A stretch of 63,977 nt of DNA, filler included, from Trypethelium eluteriae (Eukaryota), in NCBI GenBank assembly GCA_051942245.1. It is 3 parts of 3 records of this genome, joined end to end, with 100 filler letters (N's around TTAATTAATTAA, not from the genome) between each part and the next. Parts side by side here need not be neighbours in the genome. Positions count along the whole stretch, not along the records: positions 1 to 21,684 come from JAVECL010000464.1; 2 more parts are not named here. One strand, 5' to 3'. Under the pieces are notes generated by a model. That model was not told the DNA's origin and did no database searches. It saw only the letters and a program-made list of their open reading frames with translations. The position numbers were made by a program, and so were the translations under genes. Below are positions 1 through 14,300 of the stretch, piece by piece. Position 1 is the stretch's first letter, and each line of letters starts with the position of its first letter.

Positions 1-343
1 GGGGAAGGGGAAGGGACCGAGTGGGAAGGAGGTGGGTGAGTCGCCGCAGTCGAAGAAGGGAGCTGAGGGGAGAGCTGGGAGGGAGAGAGGAGGGAGTAAT
101 GAGAGTGAGGGGACGACGCCGGGTGGGAGGAGTCAGTTGGAGGAAGAGGCGGAGGCTGATATCGTCTTGGCGAGGAGACGAAGAGAAGCAAATGATCGAT
201 ACTTTCAGCGGGTAAACGCCGGGGTGCTGGATGTGGTGGCAAAGCTGGATGAGGTTGCAGATGCGATGAGAGGGGTAGAGATGGAAAGTAAAGAAATCTG
301 GGGTGACCGGGATAGCATTGAGACGGGAAGCGTAATGAGTTGA
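1..343 (+). CDS. 3' end of a gene truncated by the window start; hypothetical protein with helical C-terminus
   Basis: Purine-rich coding-like ORF ending ...RRREANDRYFQRVNAGVLDVVAKLDEVADAMRGVEMESKEIWGDRDSIETGSVMS* (TGA 341-343). Confidence 0.6.
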   Translation, partial: GKGKGPSGKEVGESPQSKKGAEGRAGRERGGSNESEGTTPGGRSQLEEEAEADIVLARRRREANDRYFQRVNAGVLDVVAKLDEVADAMRGVEMESKEIWGDRDSIETGSVMS

Positions 344-457
344 AATAAGTGCCATACTTGGATTGGACACCAGGGACCGTTGAAAGTGCTAATAGCAGCA
401 ACACTTGTGCATGCATTTCATGGGTATCGAACCAGCTATCTAGCGCGGCATAGCTGA

Positions 458-2180
458 TCATAGTAAGTATCGGTAATCCGGGCTCATATCTCCCATCTCC
501 GTCTTCTCAGTTTCCGTCAATCCCACATTCGTAGCACTTCGATCTCTGATCCGATTTGCATACATGACACCTATTAGATAGATGACGCAGCTAATCATGC
601 TCAGACAGACGAATGCTAAGCAAATACTGTACCCAGGAATATATCGAGGCGCGTCTTTGGCCAAGAACGCATATACCGCAATGATTCCACCTATATTTCC
701 ATAGCCAACCTGCCAGGCACTACCTACAGCTCTACGATGGTGGCCTCCCAGGTTCATCTGAAACCAGCAGACTACTACTGGCATCGCGCTATACGCCCCC
801 ATTGCCACAAGGAAAAGAGCAGCGTACTCTGTTTTGCGATACGCCTTCTCATAGACAGAAAGGAGTATAGCAAATCCAGCAATGCATACGCACATCGGAA
901 AGATAGCGAAGGCGAACCGATGTCTGGTTTTATCCGAACCCCATGCAATTAGCATCGCGAATGCGAAGGCGGCAGCCCAGGGTGGGACACTGTGCAACTG
1001 GGTCTCGATGTTTGAATAGCCGTAGTTCTTGATAATGCCTGGTGAGAAGTAGGCATAGCCATATGCGGGCACAATGAGCCCGAAATACATGAATCCGCCT
1101 AGGATGACTTTATAGTCTTTGAAGACATTGCCAATATCCCGAAGAGTGATTGGTCTTTCCGCAGCACTGCGTCCCTGATCTACTCGAAGACGAGCTCTGA
1201 CGTAAGCGCGCTCTTCCTCGGTGAGCCATTTCGCATCTTCTGGAAAGTCCGGGAGAAGGAAAAAGAATGAGATCGCGACGACGCAAGTCAGGGTACCTTC
1301 GAGGATGAAGATCCAGCGCCATCCTCTGTAGCCGCGCATTCCGTCCATCTTGCCGATGGCACTATTCATAATCGTCAGCTGACTAGCCTTTTGGTATTCC
1401 GGTCCTTGAAACTTAAGCTCACCTTGCCAGAAGACCACCGAATGCTCCAGCTAAGGTTGTTGAGCTGAAAAAGAAGCTATATCTCCTCTGCGCTTCAGAT
1501 CTCTTGTACCACATTCCGATCAAATAGAAGCATCCTGGAAACATGCCCGTCTCGAAAAGGCCCAAGAAGAACCTCGCAGTCAACAGGCCACCGTAGTTGC
1601 TCACTAGGCCCTGGCAGATGCTGACCAGTCCAAACATAAACATACATCCTGAGAGCCAGACATGCGGACGTAACCTTTTGAGCAGAATATTGGACGGAAT
1701 TTCGAAGAGGACATATGGAACGAAGAAGATGACGAGGGATGTGTTAAAACGATTGTCAACTGCAAGGTCGAGGTCACTCGATAGACCGAAGATGTTGGCA
1801 TTGGAGATATTCACTCTATGCATGATCAGCTTTGGGTTTGCAGAACGATAATATATGACCGGTATGTGCAGATGTCTAAGCTATGCTCGGGAGCCATTTG
1901 AAATTTTGAAGATAAGATGGAAACCGTACCGATCAAGAAATGCTAGTAGGTATAGTATACACAGAAATGGTACCACGCGCCAATCAATCTTAGTGACCAA
2001 TTTTCGCTCAGTTGTATGCGGTGGACATGGAACGTGGAGATCGTCATCGTATGCGATCCTACCGGCATCGTCGTACGCGTATGGATATTGCTGCTCTGGG
2101 TCCCCGGAAGAGACTGGGGAAGTCTCCGGCTCTTTTGCAGAAACACTTGTTAGCAAATTCCTTGCAGCGTCCAAGCTCAT
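458..2180 (-). CDS. MFS transporter, anion:cation symporter family (allantoate/nicotinate permease-like), 3 exons
   Basis: Motifs KIDWRVVPFLCILYLLAFLDR-VNISNA, RFFLGLFETGMFPG, WYKRSEAQRR, GWRWIFILEG. GT-AG introns at 1929-1816 and 1422-1362 join the three ORFs in frame. ATG at 2180. Confidence 0.92.
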
Positions 2181-5100
2181 ACTCACTCTCTCTCGTCACG
2201 GGCATCTCGTCTATTACAGCTTTCGGAATCACCGGGAGCTCCTATTTCTGCGAGGATGGGCTTAGGACGAGAAAAAATGGAAGATGGCATGAAGAACCAA
2301 AATAGCTGCCAGGTCTAGCAGCACTCGCCTTTTTGTTCTTTTTGCGACATGAGGTGCCACATTCCGTCAGCCGCGACTGAGCTAGTAATCAAGATAGCAT
2401 CCCGTTTACTTTCCATACGGGCTTCGGTTCTACCTAGACACCCTTTGCCCCGCAAACGCAAGCCAAAAAACTTTTGGCTTGCGGATCTTCCGCGCACTCA
2501 GACTAGCACTTTACTAGTGCCGCCGGCGCACCGGCTCTATCGATTGGCCGAGCTTGAGACCCTTTTCCGAGGCTGATTTCGCGTACATGCCTGTTACTTG
2601 TACCACGCCGGCTTTGCTAGTCTGTGAGATGTGATATAAGATGTGAAAGAATAAGGGATCTTAACTCAATGTCACGGTAAGCTGACGCCATGTCGGATCA
2701 ATAAGCAAATTGTCATCATTTCATGTTGATTCTCATGTTCAAAAATCATCATTTTTTCCGGTGCCACTGCCTCCTGAAACCTATAAATATCTTGGTCGAG
2801 ATACTTTTCTAAACCCTCAGACGACGAAAAGAAGTGAAAAACTTGTCAGGCAGTAGATTGCGAAGCTTTGAAGCAAACTGGACTCATCTTGATGCCCCGA
2901 CAAATGAGTTTTCAATCCTTTCGTTGTTCGGGAAAAGCTTGAGACACCAGAATGGGCCGAAGCTTGATTGGATCGTCTGAAAAAATAGAGCTATCCCCAA
3001 CTATAGGATCTCACAGATACCCGTGACTCCTACCTTGTTAGCTGTGGACATTGGAGACGAATGGAATCGTGTCAGGAACTCTTCTATCCGTCGTTAAGAC
3101 GCCTCCATCCAAGAAAACAAAATATGCCAAAGACTTGCCCAGGAAGGAAGTCGTGGTCGAAACTTCCGTGAAGTCCATCGACATGTTGAAGGTACCGCGT
3201 TCGCTGATAAGTACGTCCGATCGTGAAGGTATCCGTAACTATTGCAGCGTTCCTCCTTGATCCGGCATTCATATCAAAAGGCGACGCATGTAACGTCGAC
3301 CTTAGTGGATGAAGAAAAGGGGGAAAAGATGAGTGTAATAGTCTTAGGAATGTTACGTGTCCCTGTATTAAGCTTCTGTCGACCTCTCTTGAGATTTCCG
3401 TATTTCTTTCAATTGCTCGCTTGCGGGAGTGTACTCTTCGTACTGGCCCTTCATTCCCAATAGCCTCATCCCTACCTGAAGATACGCTCCTTGTACGTTG
3501 CCCAAAAACACTGCTAGCTCCACCACTGGACATGTTGTATCCAGGCCGGTGAAGGCAAATTACCAGGGGAATGAGTCCAAGTCCAGATTTTCGCTGCGGG
3601 ATTTGGCCGTAATGTTCGAAATAGCCATGGGCCTGGTATATTCTATGGATCTGGACCCAAAGAAGAATCTTAATCCACCAGTTGTGCAAGAAAGGAATAT
3701 AGAACAGGCCGGTGAATATCACGCGGATCCAGGCGGTGGTGTCTGTGCGTGACAATGTTGCTATGCTCTCAATCTATATGGAAACGTAATTCCAGATGAT
3801 GAACTAAGCAAGAAGACAAAAAGATCGAGACAGCGAACCTTGAAAGAAATGCCTGAGGGTGAAGACATAGTCAGGAGCGAGAATCTACAACCTGCGAGAA
3901 GAATTGCGCCTCTCTGGACGGGCCCATGGAGCCCAATTTTCTCTGATGTCCTGTGTTCTGTTGTGTCGTAGCACCGTCCCGCTCCGCCGGTGACCTGCGT
4001 AGGCTGAGATTCCTCACCGGTCAAATTGAGACATGACAGAGAAGCTCTACTCTTTCTCAATGTAAATAGGGGCATAAAAGCTGCCCTGTTTAGCGATCTT
4101 CCTGCCCAACGTATCGACCGGGGACCGAGTGCATCCGTGGGTCAACTGGATTTATTATAATCATTGTGAGCGGACTCATGAGTCCAGATACGTACTTTGA
4201 CTGGGAAAGAAGTATTTTGCAGCATAAACTTATTGGCAGAACTCTTCATATGATGGCGAAGCATATCCCATGGAATTGACTCACTAACGTGGGTACTCGG
4301 CCATATTTAGGGCTTCTCGCTCATGCCAACCAGTCATGGTAGTCAAACAGATAAGATTGCAGTGCTTCATCGTCATCCTTGAATCTCAGTCTCCAGTCAG
4401 AGGCTTGCTTGCTGGGGGCCAAAATTGCGGAAGAGCCAGGATTTATAGGTGAAAGGGTAGGGTTCTGGTCTAACACTTCATAACGGTGGTTCTGCCACCG
4501 ATAATATCACCTTAAAAGGACTTGAATTGAGCACATGAATTGGAGAATAGTGGGAGAGGGTCTGAAGGAGACACTACTTCTTAAGCTTGCATTGCATTCA
4601 GATTCCAAAGGTCTTATTGAACAAGCGCTGAACGTTCGCCTACCTATTCCAGTTTTTAAAGACGTGGGAGCTGCAGATGATACGTATGGCTGTCTAGATT
4701 GTTAGGCAGTCTCTACACGGATCGAGCGAGTACTGGTCCTCGCGTATCTGAAGGAACCAATGTTAAAGAGCTGCAAGACCATTACCGGCGCACCTCCAAA
4801 ACCATGACCAACGAAGATGGTGAAGTAATCCTGCATTTGGACGAGGATTTCGAACGCTGCGGGACAATGACTTCCAGAAGATAGGCATGTACTGATTTGA
4901 AATAGTAACAGGACCTCTTCAGAGCCGAAAAGCGTATCAAGCTTAAGCGACCTGCTTTCTGTATAGGTTACATTTAGTACTGCTGGAGAAATGCTCTGGG
5001 GAGTACTATAGCCGCAAGCGCCGCAATTACTGTCTTGTGGTCCCTGGCCAGAGCGCGAAGCATCTGTCAGTGATAGTGTTTTCTGGCAATGGTACGAAGT

Positions 5101-5473
5101 AGGTACTCCCTACTGGGGCGAAAGATCACCAGAAAGGGAGGGAGCAGTGGGAGTTGAAAATCTGCGGGCAAATCCGGGATGTCAAGCACAGGCCAGGCGG
5201 TGATTGGGCAAAATAGCCAAATTCGGATAACCGGCAGAAAATCTGTCCCTTGATTGCACTTTTAGCCTTTGTCGCTCTAGATCGTCCCCCATCTTTTCCA
5301 TCCTCATAATCTAGGTGCTCCCTACCTACTTGTCTTCACCTCGCTGGCGAGTTATTACACTTTAATACGGAAGCCATAGGCAATTTGCGCGCCGCTGCGA
5401 TAAAAGCCTCACCAGACACGTTGTCACACGCTCCTCATCTCTAGTTCTACGGCCTCCGGGCTTTGAGACAATC

Positions 5474-6115
5474 ATGAAGATCTTCGAGTCCTCGTATGAC
5501 CTCGATTACTCGTGGGACGAGGTTTCGACTGCGAATTGGCGGAAATACTGTCCTTGGAATGACAAATCTACGCACGTAGTTGCGGTCGACACCCTTAGCC
5601 GGCATTTAGATACCCGGACCGGCATTGTACGTTTTCCCTGGTGGTGCTATATCTTGCCCCCTAACTGATCGAAAAATTAGCTGCGGACAGAGCGCCTGAT
5701 CACCTGCAAACAATCAGCGCCTAAATGGCTGCAGCCGTTCCTTGGTGGTACAGAATACTCTCATGTCTATGAAACATCATACGTGAATCCGGGTGCGAAG
5801 AAGGTCACCATGTGCAGTACCAACATGACCTGGTCCGATCTACTTAGCGTGCGAGAAACCGTGGTGTATCGTCCTTCACGTTCGTCCTCAAGTGCAACTG
5901 AGAGGACGCGATTCGAGCAGCATGCGCAGATTACGGCACTTTGTGGAGGCTGGCAGAAGGTGAGGAACGGCATCGAGCAATTTACCCTCGAGAGATTCGG
6001 CCAGAATGCGAAGAGAGGAAAGGAGGGATTCGAAGCAGTATTGGAGATGAGCAGAAAGGTGTTTGGGGAAGAGAGGGAAAGACAGAGGAGGGAACAGAAT
6101 CGAGTCAGATTATGA
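5474..6115 (+). CDS. UPS2: PRELI/MSF1-domain mitochondrial lipid-transfer protein (Ups2-like)
   Basis: MKIFESSYDLDYSWDEVSTANWRKY..STHVVAVDTLSR. Intron 5627-5680, then LRTERLITCKQSAPKW...GKEGFEAVL. Confidence 0.88.
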
Positions 6116-6822
6116 CGCCCATCTCAGGATTACTACGTTTCCCGATGAACAGCATCCCTTACCACGATTTCCTTTCGGCCGGCTGCACAATCACCTTTGC
6201 CTTGATTACGATACCCTTAGGCCGTGGTCTTTTCTGCATTTTAGCGAAGACTTAATGAAACGATAGATTTATACAGGACCGGAAAAGGATAGAAAAGTTC
6301 TGAACAGGGCATTTTTGGCGCACGAAGATTTGGGTATGCATTACACGGTTTGGGACACAGCATGCACCAATCTGGGCGATATATTCCTTGAAAAGCCTTG
6401 AGGATCAGTCATGTACGCTGGAGGAGCTATTAGAATTATAAATTATCTGATAGACTATGTCATTTCCACCGATAAAATGACCATTTGCCCACTGTTTCCA
6501 ACATCCTGCCAAATCTCTCTATGCTTTTGCTGGCAAACGATGCGGCAACTTTGTCTTCTCCAAATTATCAGATGATTAATCCCCAAAATCAATCCTCGGC
6601 AAACCCTCATTCTGGCTCGGTCAATCGGCGCTACCTAACCCTCCATCCCCGCTGAAGCTTACCCCAGATTTCGCAACTCCACTCAGGTCAAATCAGACAG
6701 GTCCAATCTCAAATCGACCTTTTCGAAGCCTGTAAGATACTAATTTTCCTTGCCTCCTGTGTAGGATTTACGGTTGGATTTCATATTCACGACAAGACGT
6801 TTACCATTGCATTCCCTCTACC

Positions 6823-8199
6823 ATGGCTCCCAAATCCCCAGAGCCGGTCTACGTTATCGGCGTTGGTATGACCAAATTTATAAAGCCACGCGGCAAAGTC
6901 GACTATACCGAGCTCGGCTTCGAAGCTGGTATTAAGGCTCTCCTCGATGCCCACATAAACTACGACGACGTTGACTCAGGCATTGCCTGCTACTGCTATG
7001 GCGACTCGACGTGTGGCCAACGAGTCTTCTACCAATTCGGCATGACCAAAATACCCATATACAACGTCAACAATAACTGTAGTACTGGCTCGACTGGTCT
7101 AAATATGGGACGTACGATGATTGCAGGTGGAATGGCAGATTGCGTGATGGTCGTAGGGTTCGAGAAAATGTTTCCAGGATCATTACAATCTTTCTTCCAA
7201 GACCGCGTCAATCCTACAGGTACGACGGCGGAGATGATGAAAGCAACAAGGGGGATCACAAATGCGCCTGGAGCAGCACAAATGTTTGGCAATGCAGGTA
7301 GGGAATACATGGAGAAGTATGGAGCGAAAGAGGAGGACTTTGCAGAAATCGCCAGAGTGAACCACAAACATTCGGCGAAGAACCCTTATTCGCAATTTCA
7401 AGATGAGTATACGTTGGAACAGGTGCAAAAGGCACCCATGATTCATCACCCACTTACGAAGCTTCAATGCTGTCCTACATCAGACGGCGGAGCATCCGCG
7501 ATTCTCTGTAGCCAATCGTTCCTTGACGCACGACCGGAGCTCAAGGACCAAGCCATCCTCATTGCCGGCCAGTGCCTCGCCACTGACGCTCCATCACTCT
7601 TCTCACGCTCAGCGATCGACCTCATGGGCTACGAGATGAACCAGTACGCCTGCCGTACTGCTCTCGCGCAAGCGAATGCAACCGTCAACGACGTCAAAGT
7701 CGTCGAACTCCACGACTGCTTCTCCGCCAACGAGATGATCGTTATCGACGCTCTCGGATTGAGCGAGAAGGGCAAGGCGCATGAGCTCGTGAGAAACGGC
7801 GGAATCACATACGGCGGAAAGTACGTAATCAATCCCTCCGGCGGCTTAATCTCCAAAGGCCATCCCCTCGGCGCATCAGGCATTGCCCAGTGCGCGGAAT
7901 TGGTGTGGCACCTGAGGGGTTGGGCAAACAATCGCGCCGTCAAGGACACGAGCGTCTGTCTGCAGCACAATCTCGGCTTGGGTGGTGCCGTGGTTGTCAC
8001 TGTGTATAAGCGCGCAGACGGTCAAGCCGCAAGCGAGCTCAGCAGTGCGGAGGTGGGCAAGAGGACGGGACTGGACTATAATCCCGCTGTGGAGGCGAAG
8101 GGCTTCACAAAGGCTCAGGTGGATGGCGTGAGGAGCAGACAGTCTAGGAGTGACTGGGCGTTAGCTGATACAGAGAGGAAGGTCGAGGCCAGATTTTAG
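6823..8199 (+). CDS. SCP2/SCP-x-type thiolase (non-specific lipid-transfer protein family), probably peroxisomal
   Basis: Single 458-aa ORF with NNNCSTG (catalytic Cys), CCPTSDG, HDCF and GGLISKGHPLGASG. The C-terminal -ARF resembles a PTS1 variant. Confidence 0.92.
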   Translation: MAPKSPEPVYVIGVGMTKFIKPRGKVDYTELGFEAGIKALLDAHINYDDVDSGIACYCYGDSTCGQRVFYQFGMTKIPIYNVNNNCSTGSTGLNMGRTMIAGGMADCVMVVGFEKMFPGSLQSFFQDRVNPTGTTAEMMKATRGITNAPGAAQMFGNAGREYMEKYGAKEEDFAEIARVNHKHSAKNPYSQFQDEYTLEQVQKAPMIHHPLTKLQCCPTSDGGASAILCSQSFLDARPELKDQAILIAGQCLATDAPSLFSRSAIDLMGYEMNQYACRTALAQANATVNDVKVVELHDCFSANEMIVIDALGLSEKGKAHELVRNGGITYGGKYVINPSGGLISKGHPLGASGIAQCAELVWHLRGWANNRAVKDTSVCLQHNLGLGGAVVVTVYKRADGQAASELSSAEVGKRTGLDYNPAVEAKGFTKAQVDGVRSRQSRSDWALADTERKVEARF

Positions 8200-8303
8200 A
8201 AGATTTTGTAAATATAACTTCCTTGTATAGTTTAAAGAATAGGTTCCTACGATATAATGACTAAACTGCCAGGAAAGAATTACCAACCAGATGGAAACTG
8301 GAG

Positions 8304-11300
8304 TCAATTTACAAGTCTTCTCTCCTCGGCTTTCATCAGCAAAGGAGTGTCCCCATTTTCTCGAGGCAGCGCGGCCTCGTACTTCTGGTGCAGCCTTTCG
8401 GCCACCGTCTTTCCAAACCCTTCAATGGTTGCAGAGCTCATAATTTCAAGAATACTCATCTCCAGACCCAGGCTTTGGCGGCACCAGTTCCGAATCTCGA
8501 TAGCCAAAAGAGAGTCTACGCCTAGCGCCGTGAGAGACACTTTCACGTCTACATCTTCTTCTGGCTGAAGCATGAAGGCGTAGAGCTTACAACCGATTTG
8601 ATGAGTCAAAAAGTCGAGTCCAGCTTCGCTGTTGAGTATAGAGGGCTCGGATGCAACATCAGCCAGGAATTGCTTCAACCCCTGGTTTTCTGTATTGCTT
8701 GCAGTCGTAGATGAGATCTCTGAGTTCCTATACATACTCATTCGGATGTCCCTCTTCCAGATGATACGATTGCTCGGATCTGAGAGTGGCTTTGTTGATC
8801 GAAGACCAATCACCAGCTGTGCAGGATTCATGTAGCCGGCGGAAGAGGGTGTTGATCTCGAGCCCCGAGCTATTACTAGCTGCAATGCCTCGAGGAGATC
8901 GGGCTCACGCAATGTGTACGTGCTTGTCGCCTTGAATTGATCGAGGACCAATGAGTTCTGGCTAACGTAGCCCGTATCTTCCATCACTCCAATATCGACT
9001 ACTGAGGCTGGGAGTCCGAGTCCGTGCCGATATTGGGCAAAGGAATCGAGGAAGGTATTTGCTGCTGCATAGTTGCCTTGACCCCACTGTCCAACGACAC
9101 CAGAGAAGGAGCTAAAGAGGACAAAAAAGTCAAGATTCTCTCCAGTAAGAGCCTCGTGGAGGTTCCACGAGCCCGCCACCTTCGGAGATACGGCGGTCTG
9201 CCACTCTTCATGAGAAAACTGTAACAATGGTCGATCCTGAAACGATTGATGGTCAGTAGTGTTCAAGTAGCTAGAGCTAGCAGAAATTACCTTCAATACC
9301 ATTGACATGTGCATGACGCCTACGATAGGAGCAGTAGCGTTCTTTACAGCGTGCTTAACGTCTTCCAGGTTCGTAACGCTGCAGGGGAAGGCTTGCACAG
9401 AGCAGTCCTGTGCCGCGAGCTCGTTGAAAAAGTGCTTATCTTCCTCCGATTTCCCAGCGAAACGAGAGAGGTATATCAAGTTTCTAGCTCCTCGTTCAAC
9501 GAGCCATGTCGAGATCGCGCGGCCAAGCCCCCCAAGACCTCCCGTCAACAGGTATGACTTATCTGGTTGGAGATGAAGCTCTTCTTTCATCGGCGTTGGT
9601 TGAAGCTCCCGATGTTTTGCAGGCATTGTCACCACAATCTTCCCAATGTGTTGACCCTTCTGTAGGTACCTAAAGGCATCGGCAACATGCGTGGCTTCAA
9701 ACATCTTCATTGGCTTGATCGGACCAATAAAGCCCTGCTGATAGAGCCTCACGCATTCACAAAGCAGTCTATGTCTGTCAGTTCTCGATCAGTCATAAAC
9801 CATAGAACCGCACTTACTTTTGGGATAGAACCGGCTTAGCAACAGCGATGTGACCGATATCTATTCCAAAGAATGCACGGTCTTTTTCAAAAGCATCCAT
9901 GCTCAAAGTACCAGACCCGATAAAGTCTCGCTTGCCAATCTCGAGCATCTTGCCAAACTCTGCAACGCACTGCCATGATACGTGCAGCAGCTCGCCGGAC
10001 AACGAGTTTAGCACCACATCAACGCCTTTTCCATCGGTTTTGCGCATAACATCATGATAAAAGGAGCTATCTCGGGAACTGAAGATATGATCACGGGGTA
10101 TACCTTCAGTACTAGTCAGATATTGAATCTTATCTTCACTACCAACCGTCGCAAAGATCTATTATTATTAGCACTAGTCAAACATTTTCGCTGAAGACTA
10201 CGGAAGACCTACTTGAGCACCAATCATCTTGCATATTTGGATAGCAGCCAGGCCAACGCCGCCACACGCAGAGTGGATCAGAACCGTCTTGACACGTCAG
10301 TGATTCACGATACCATTCTGCAATGGCTGCATCTGCTTACCTGGTCCTTCTCTAGCCTTCCTATCGTCATCAACGAGTAGATGACAGTGCCATATACACA
10401 AGGCATTGTTGCAGCTTCTTCAAAACTCAACTCGTCCGGGATTCTTGCGACGTGGTTTGCAGAAGTGACGATCCGTGTTGAGAAACTGCCATACTCAAAC
10501 ATAAAGACCCTATCGCCCGGTCGAAGGCCTTTGACATTCGGGCCTATTTTCCGCACGATGCCAGACGCTTCTAGGCCAAGACCTTCCACAGCTCCCTGAA
10601 CCACTCCCATACATACAAGGACATCCTGCGATTACATCAATTGAGCACAAAGATTCTGTATATGAGTCACAGACCTTGAAATTGAGGCCTATTGCGCGAG
10701 GCTCTACCTCGACTTGATCACCGTCAAGTGAAAATGCCTTGTCTTGTACCCACCGTAAACTCTGTAGAAGGCCGAACTTCGCGATCTCCAGTTTCATGGG
10801 TAGCTTGTCCTTTGGAATCGTCTCCAATTGCTGGCCCGTCGAGATCCAATGATACCTCGGGATTTGTACCACTCCGTCGACTAAAGCATACTCGAAATCC
10901 GAGTCTATCTCACCTCCGCGAGTACGTCGCTGAAATTTACGGAAGACATGACATATGGCTTCAATCGAACTCAGGCTTACCGAGTCCAGCTCGAGGGTAG
11001 CGAAATGGGTCAGCAGCTCTGACCGGACAGTTCGGGCTACTCCAACCACTTGACTGTAACGAGGGTTCGAGCATCCGACCTGACTGGATTTGGTCACCCA
11101 AAGCATTCCAGCAGTACCCATCCCCCCGAAATAGCGTTGCAAAGACAGCAGTCTCTGTTCAGAGATATCATCGAAGAATGGAGCTGTCAAGTCTAATAAT
11201 GAGATGACATCGCCAGTTGCCGGAGGATCAAGGTCGATACTTGAGAGTCGTACTTGAAAGCCGTTCTTTTCCAGTACGCCTTTCACCTCAAGAACAGTCG

Positions 11301-14300
11301 AACTCATGCTGCCTTCACATATCAGTGTCACCTCTTTCGTGGACGTCACTTTCTTCTCTGATTCCTCCTCTATAGCATAGGAAACAATGTTCGCATTGAT
11401 TTGCCACGGTTGATCGTCATCGTAAGCAATTAGATCAGCTCCAGAAAAGCCAGCGCGTCGAAGTTCTCCATCCCATCTGTCGACTGTTATGAACGGTTCA
11501 TCTGGCCGACCATCTTTTTCTCCCAGCCACCATCCCTGGAGAAAGCCCATAATGAAGTTAATCATCCTTACTTGAGGCGTCAACTCTTGCAAGAAAAGTC
11601 GGCCCTGGGGGCGAAGGAGTTTCCGAACATGACGGAGTGTGATACCTATACTTGGTGTAGCATGTAAAACGTTGGAGGCAATTATTAGGTCGTAGCTTCC
11701 AGAGTCAAAGCCTTGGTCGGTAGGGTCTTGAGTAATGTCAAGCACAGAGTAGTTGATGTTCTGGTAATCCTTGAACCTCTCTTTCGCAGCAACGAAAAAT
11801 CCAGCTGAGATATCCGTGTAATCGTATCTGGAGTACATCCTCGCGCCAGAAGGTCCGACGAGATCCTTAAGAACACTGGCAGTAGTGCCCCCGGTTCCGG
11901 CTCCAATCTCGAGAACCTTCAGCGTCGGCGTGGCATGCCCGAGCAGCTCGAAGAATCTGCTGCAGTCCCACACTTCTTGACAGTACTTGTATATGTTCCA
12001 GAGACCACCGTCTTGAAGCAATACGTCAATTGACTCCGTACTACCTTCAAATATGTGCTCGCAATGACAGAGAAGTCTGAGCATCACTTCACTGATCTCC
12101 GCGCCACCACTTTGCTTGATCTCGTTACTGAGCTGATCTATCCTCTCTAGCCGCATCCCACGATCAAGCTCAACAAATTGCTGAGCATCATGAAGGTGCC
12201 CATATTCCCCAATTCTTATCCGGCTGACCTGCATATCAAGCCATGAACGCAGCTTTTGCAGATGGCTGATTGGAGTCTCGATTGATGCAATGCGATGGCG
12301 TGTCTCCAGTATGCACAGCAAAGCTAATTTCTCAAGTCTAATCCTGCTTTCTTTGTGGGAAATACGCTGACGCATTAGTTGGTCCGTAGGCGCGAGATCT
12401 AGGTCAGGTTTCCAGTGGAGATAAGCACCTGCAACGGTATCTAAATCTTCAGATGGATTTCCATTATCCAAGGGCGAGAACTTGACACCTCCCAATTGAA
12501 GCACGCGCTGGCCGTCAGCTAGGGCGAATGCATTACCGCTAATGGACCCATGTTTAGTTGACTGAGCCATGGCCTCTACCTGTATATTGGCCGCTCCATG
12601 GTTGACTTGGAGCTCTTCGATGCTTGTCGGTACACAAAGCTTTGTCATCTGGCGCGCAACGCCTTTAGACATAGCCACAGTGAACAGCTGTAGGCATAAA
12701 TCAATTGTCGTCGGGTGCAGCTGGTATGTCATATCGCAATTTCTGTAACGATCAATCAAGCTCGCTGCGGCGGAGCCAGATTTCGGGCACGCTGTAATGC
12801 CACCTAAACCTTGGAAGTCTGGCCCGTAGTTGTATCCGAGGCGCTTCAATGCACCATACCATCCAGCAGATGGGATCTTCCGAGCGAATTCTCCAACTTG
12901 TTTCAGCTTTCCAGTCTGATCAGTCCCTACCTTTACTTGGCCCACACAGTGGATTGTCCAAGATGTGCCGTTGTGCGACGAAACGGAGAACTCATACCAA
13001 GCAGAGTCCAGAAATGTTGTTAAACGTACTGGTCGTAGGCTTGTCATCATCTCCACAGGTACTGCATCTTGTAACACCAGAGCTGTCTTAATCACGAACC
13101 GTCGCAAAGAGAACTCTGCTGTGTCCTTCGCCTGCTTGATGGCCTCGCCAACCATTCCGATGTATCCAGCGGCTGGGAAAATGATATCATTGGCAATTTT
13201 GTGATCCTCAATCCAAGGCACGTCTTCTAGACGAAGGATATTTCTCCAAGTAGGTTCCAGGTCATTACCCTCGAGAATACGGCTTCCAAGTAGCTCATGA
13301 GGGGGAAATTTTCGAAATCTCCATTCCCGAGTGACCCTCGTCTCGTTCCAATATTGCTTGTCGTGATGCCAAGGATACGTGCCGAGTTCTGTCAAGACTC
13401 GATTGCCTGGAGTCACCATTCCGAAGTCGAAGCGAATTGCCTGCATGTACAGGTTTCCCATTGTTTCCAAGAGCGTCTGGCTAGAATTTTTGCCTCTAAC
13501 AAGGGTGGAAACATAAGACAAGTTCGCTTGCCGGTCAGTCGACTTAAATATCTCTCGAAGTGGACCCGCTAAAGCCGAATGGGGCCCGATTTCAAGAAAG
13601 ACACTATCATGCGGGAATACTTGGAGCATTTCTTGGACTGCAGTGTTGAACAAAACAGGAGATTCGAGATTTCGCCTCCAGTAGGATTCCGACAAGGCCT
13701 TTGATCCCATCAAATGCTTTCCTGTGACACTTGAGAAGAATGGTATAGTCGGTGCAATGCTGGAAACATGGCCTTGAAGTAGTTTTTCATATGCACCGCC
13801 TATCTCCTCCATGTGACCTGCCGATCGAGTAAGCTTCACAGCGTTATCATCTCAGCAAAAGTGCCTATTCTTACTAGAATGATATGCCATCTCAACCTTT
13901 AAAGTCCGCACAAACATATTTGGGTGAGCCGCTTTTATAGCGTCCGTCACTTCATTGAGACTGCACCTGTCTCCGGATAGCGTGACGCTGGCTGGACTGT
14001 TTTCGCAAGCAATGACTACCCCCTTCGTCAGAAACGGTGTTACCATCTCTCTGCCCATTGCTACGGCTACCATTCCTCCAGGTCTGTTCTGCTGCCTGGT
14101 AATTTTGCCGCGATAGTAGGCAGCGATGATGGCGGCCCTGGCCGTAATTGCCTTGGACGCGAAGGCTGCAGCTATTTCGCCACTCGAGTGACCGACTACT
14201 GCCGCTGGCAAGATGCCGATGGAGTGAAAGGTCTTCAACAAGCCAATCTGAATCGCCGTACAGAGCGGTTGCGAATACTCCGCCTTGTTGAGACGACTAC

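Noticed and set aside
4172..4185. Perfect 14-bp palindrome GGACTCATGAGTCC
   Set aside because: A few palindromes of this length are expected by chance in 64 kb, and there is no supporting context.
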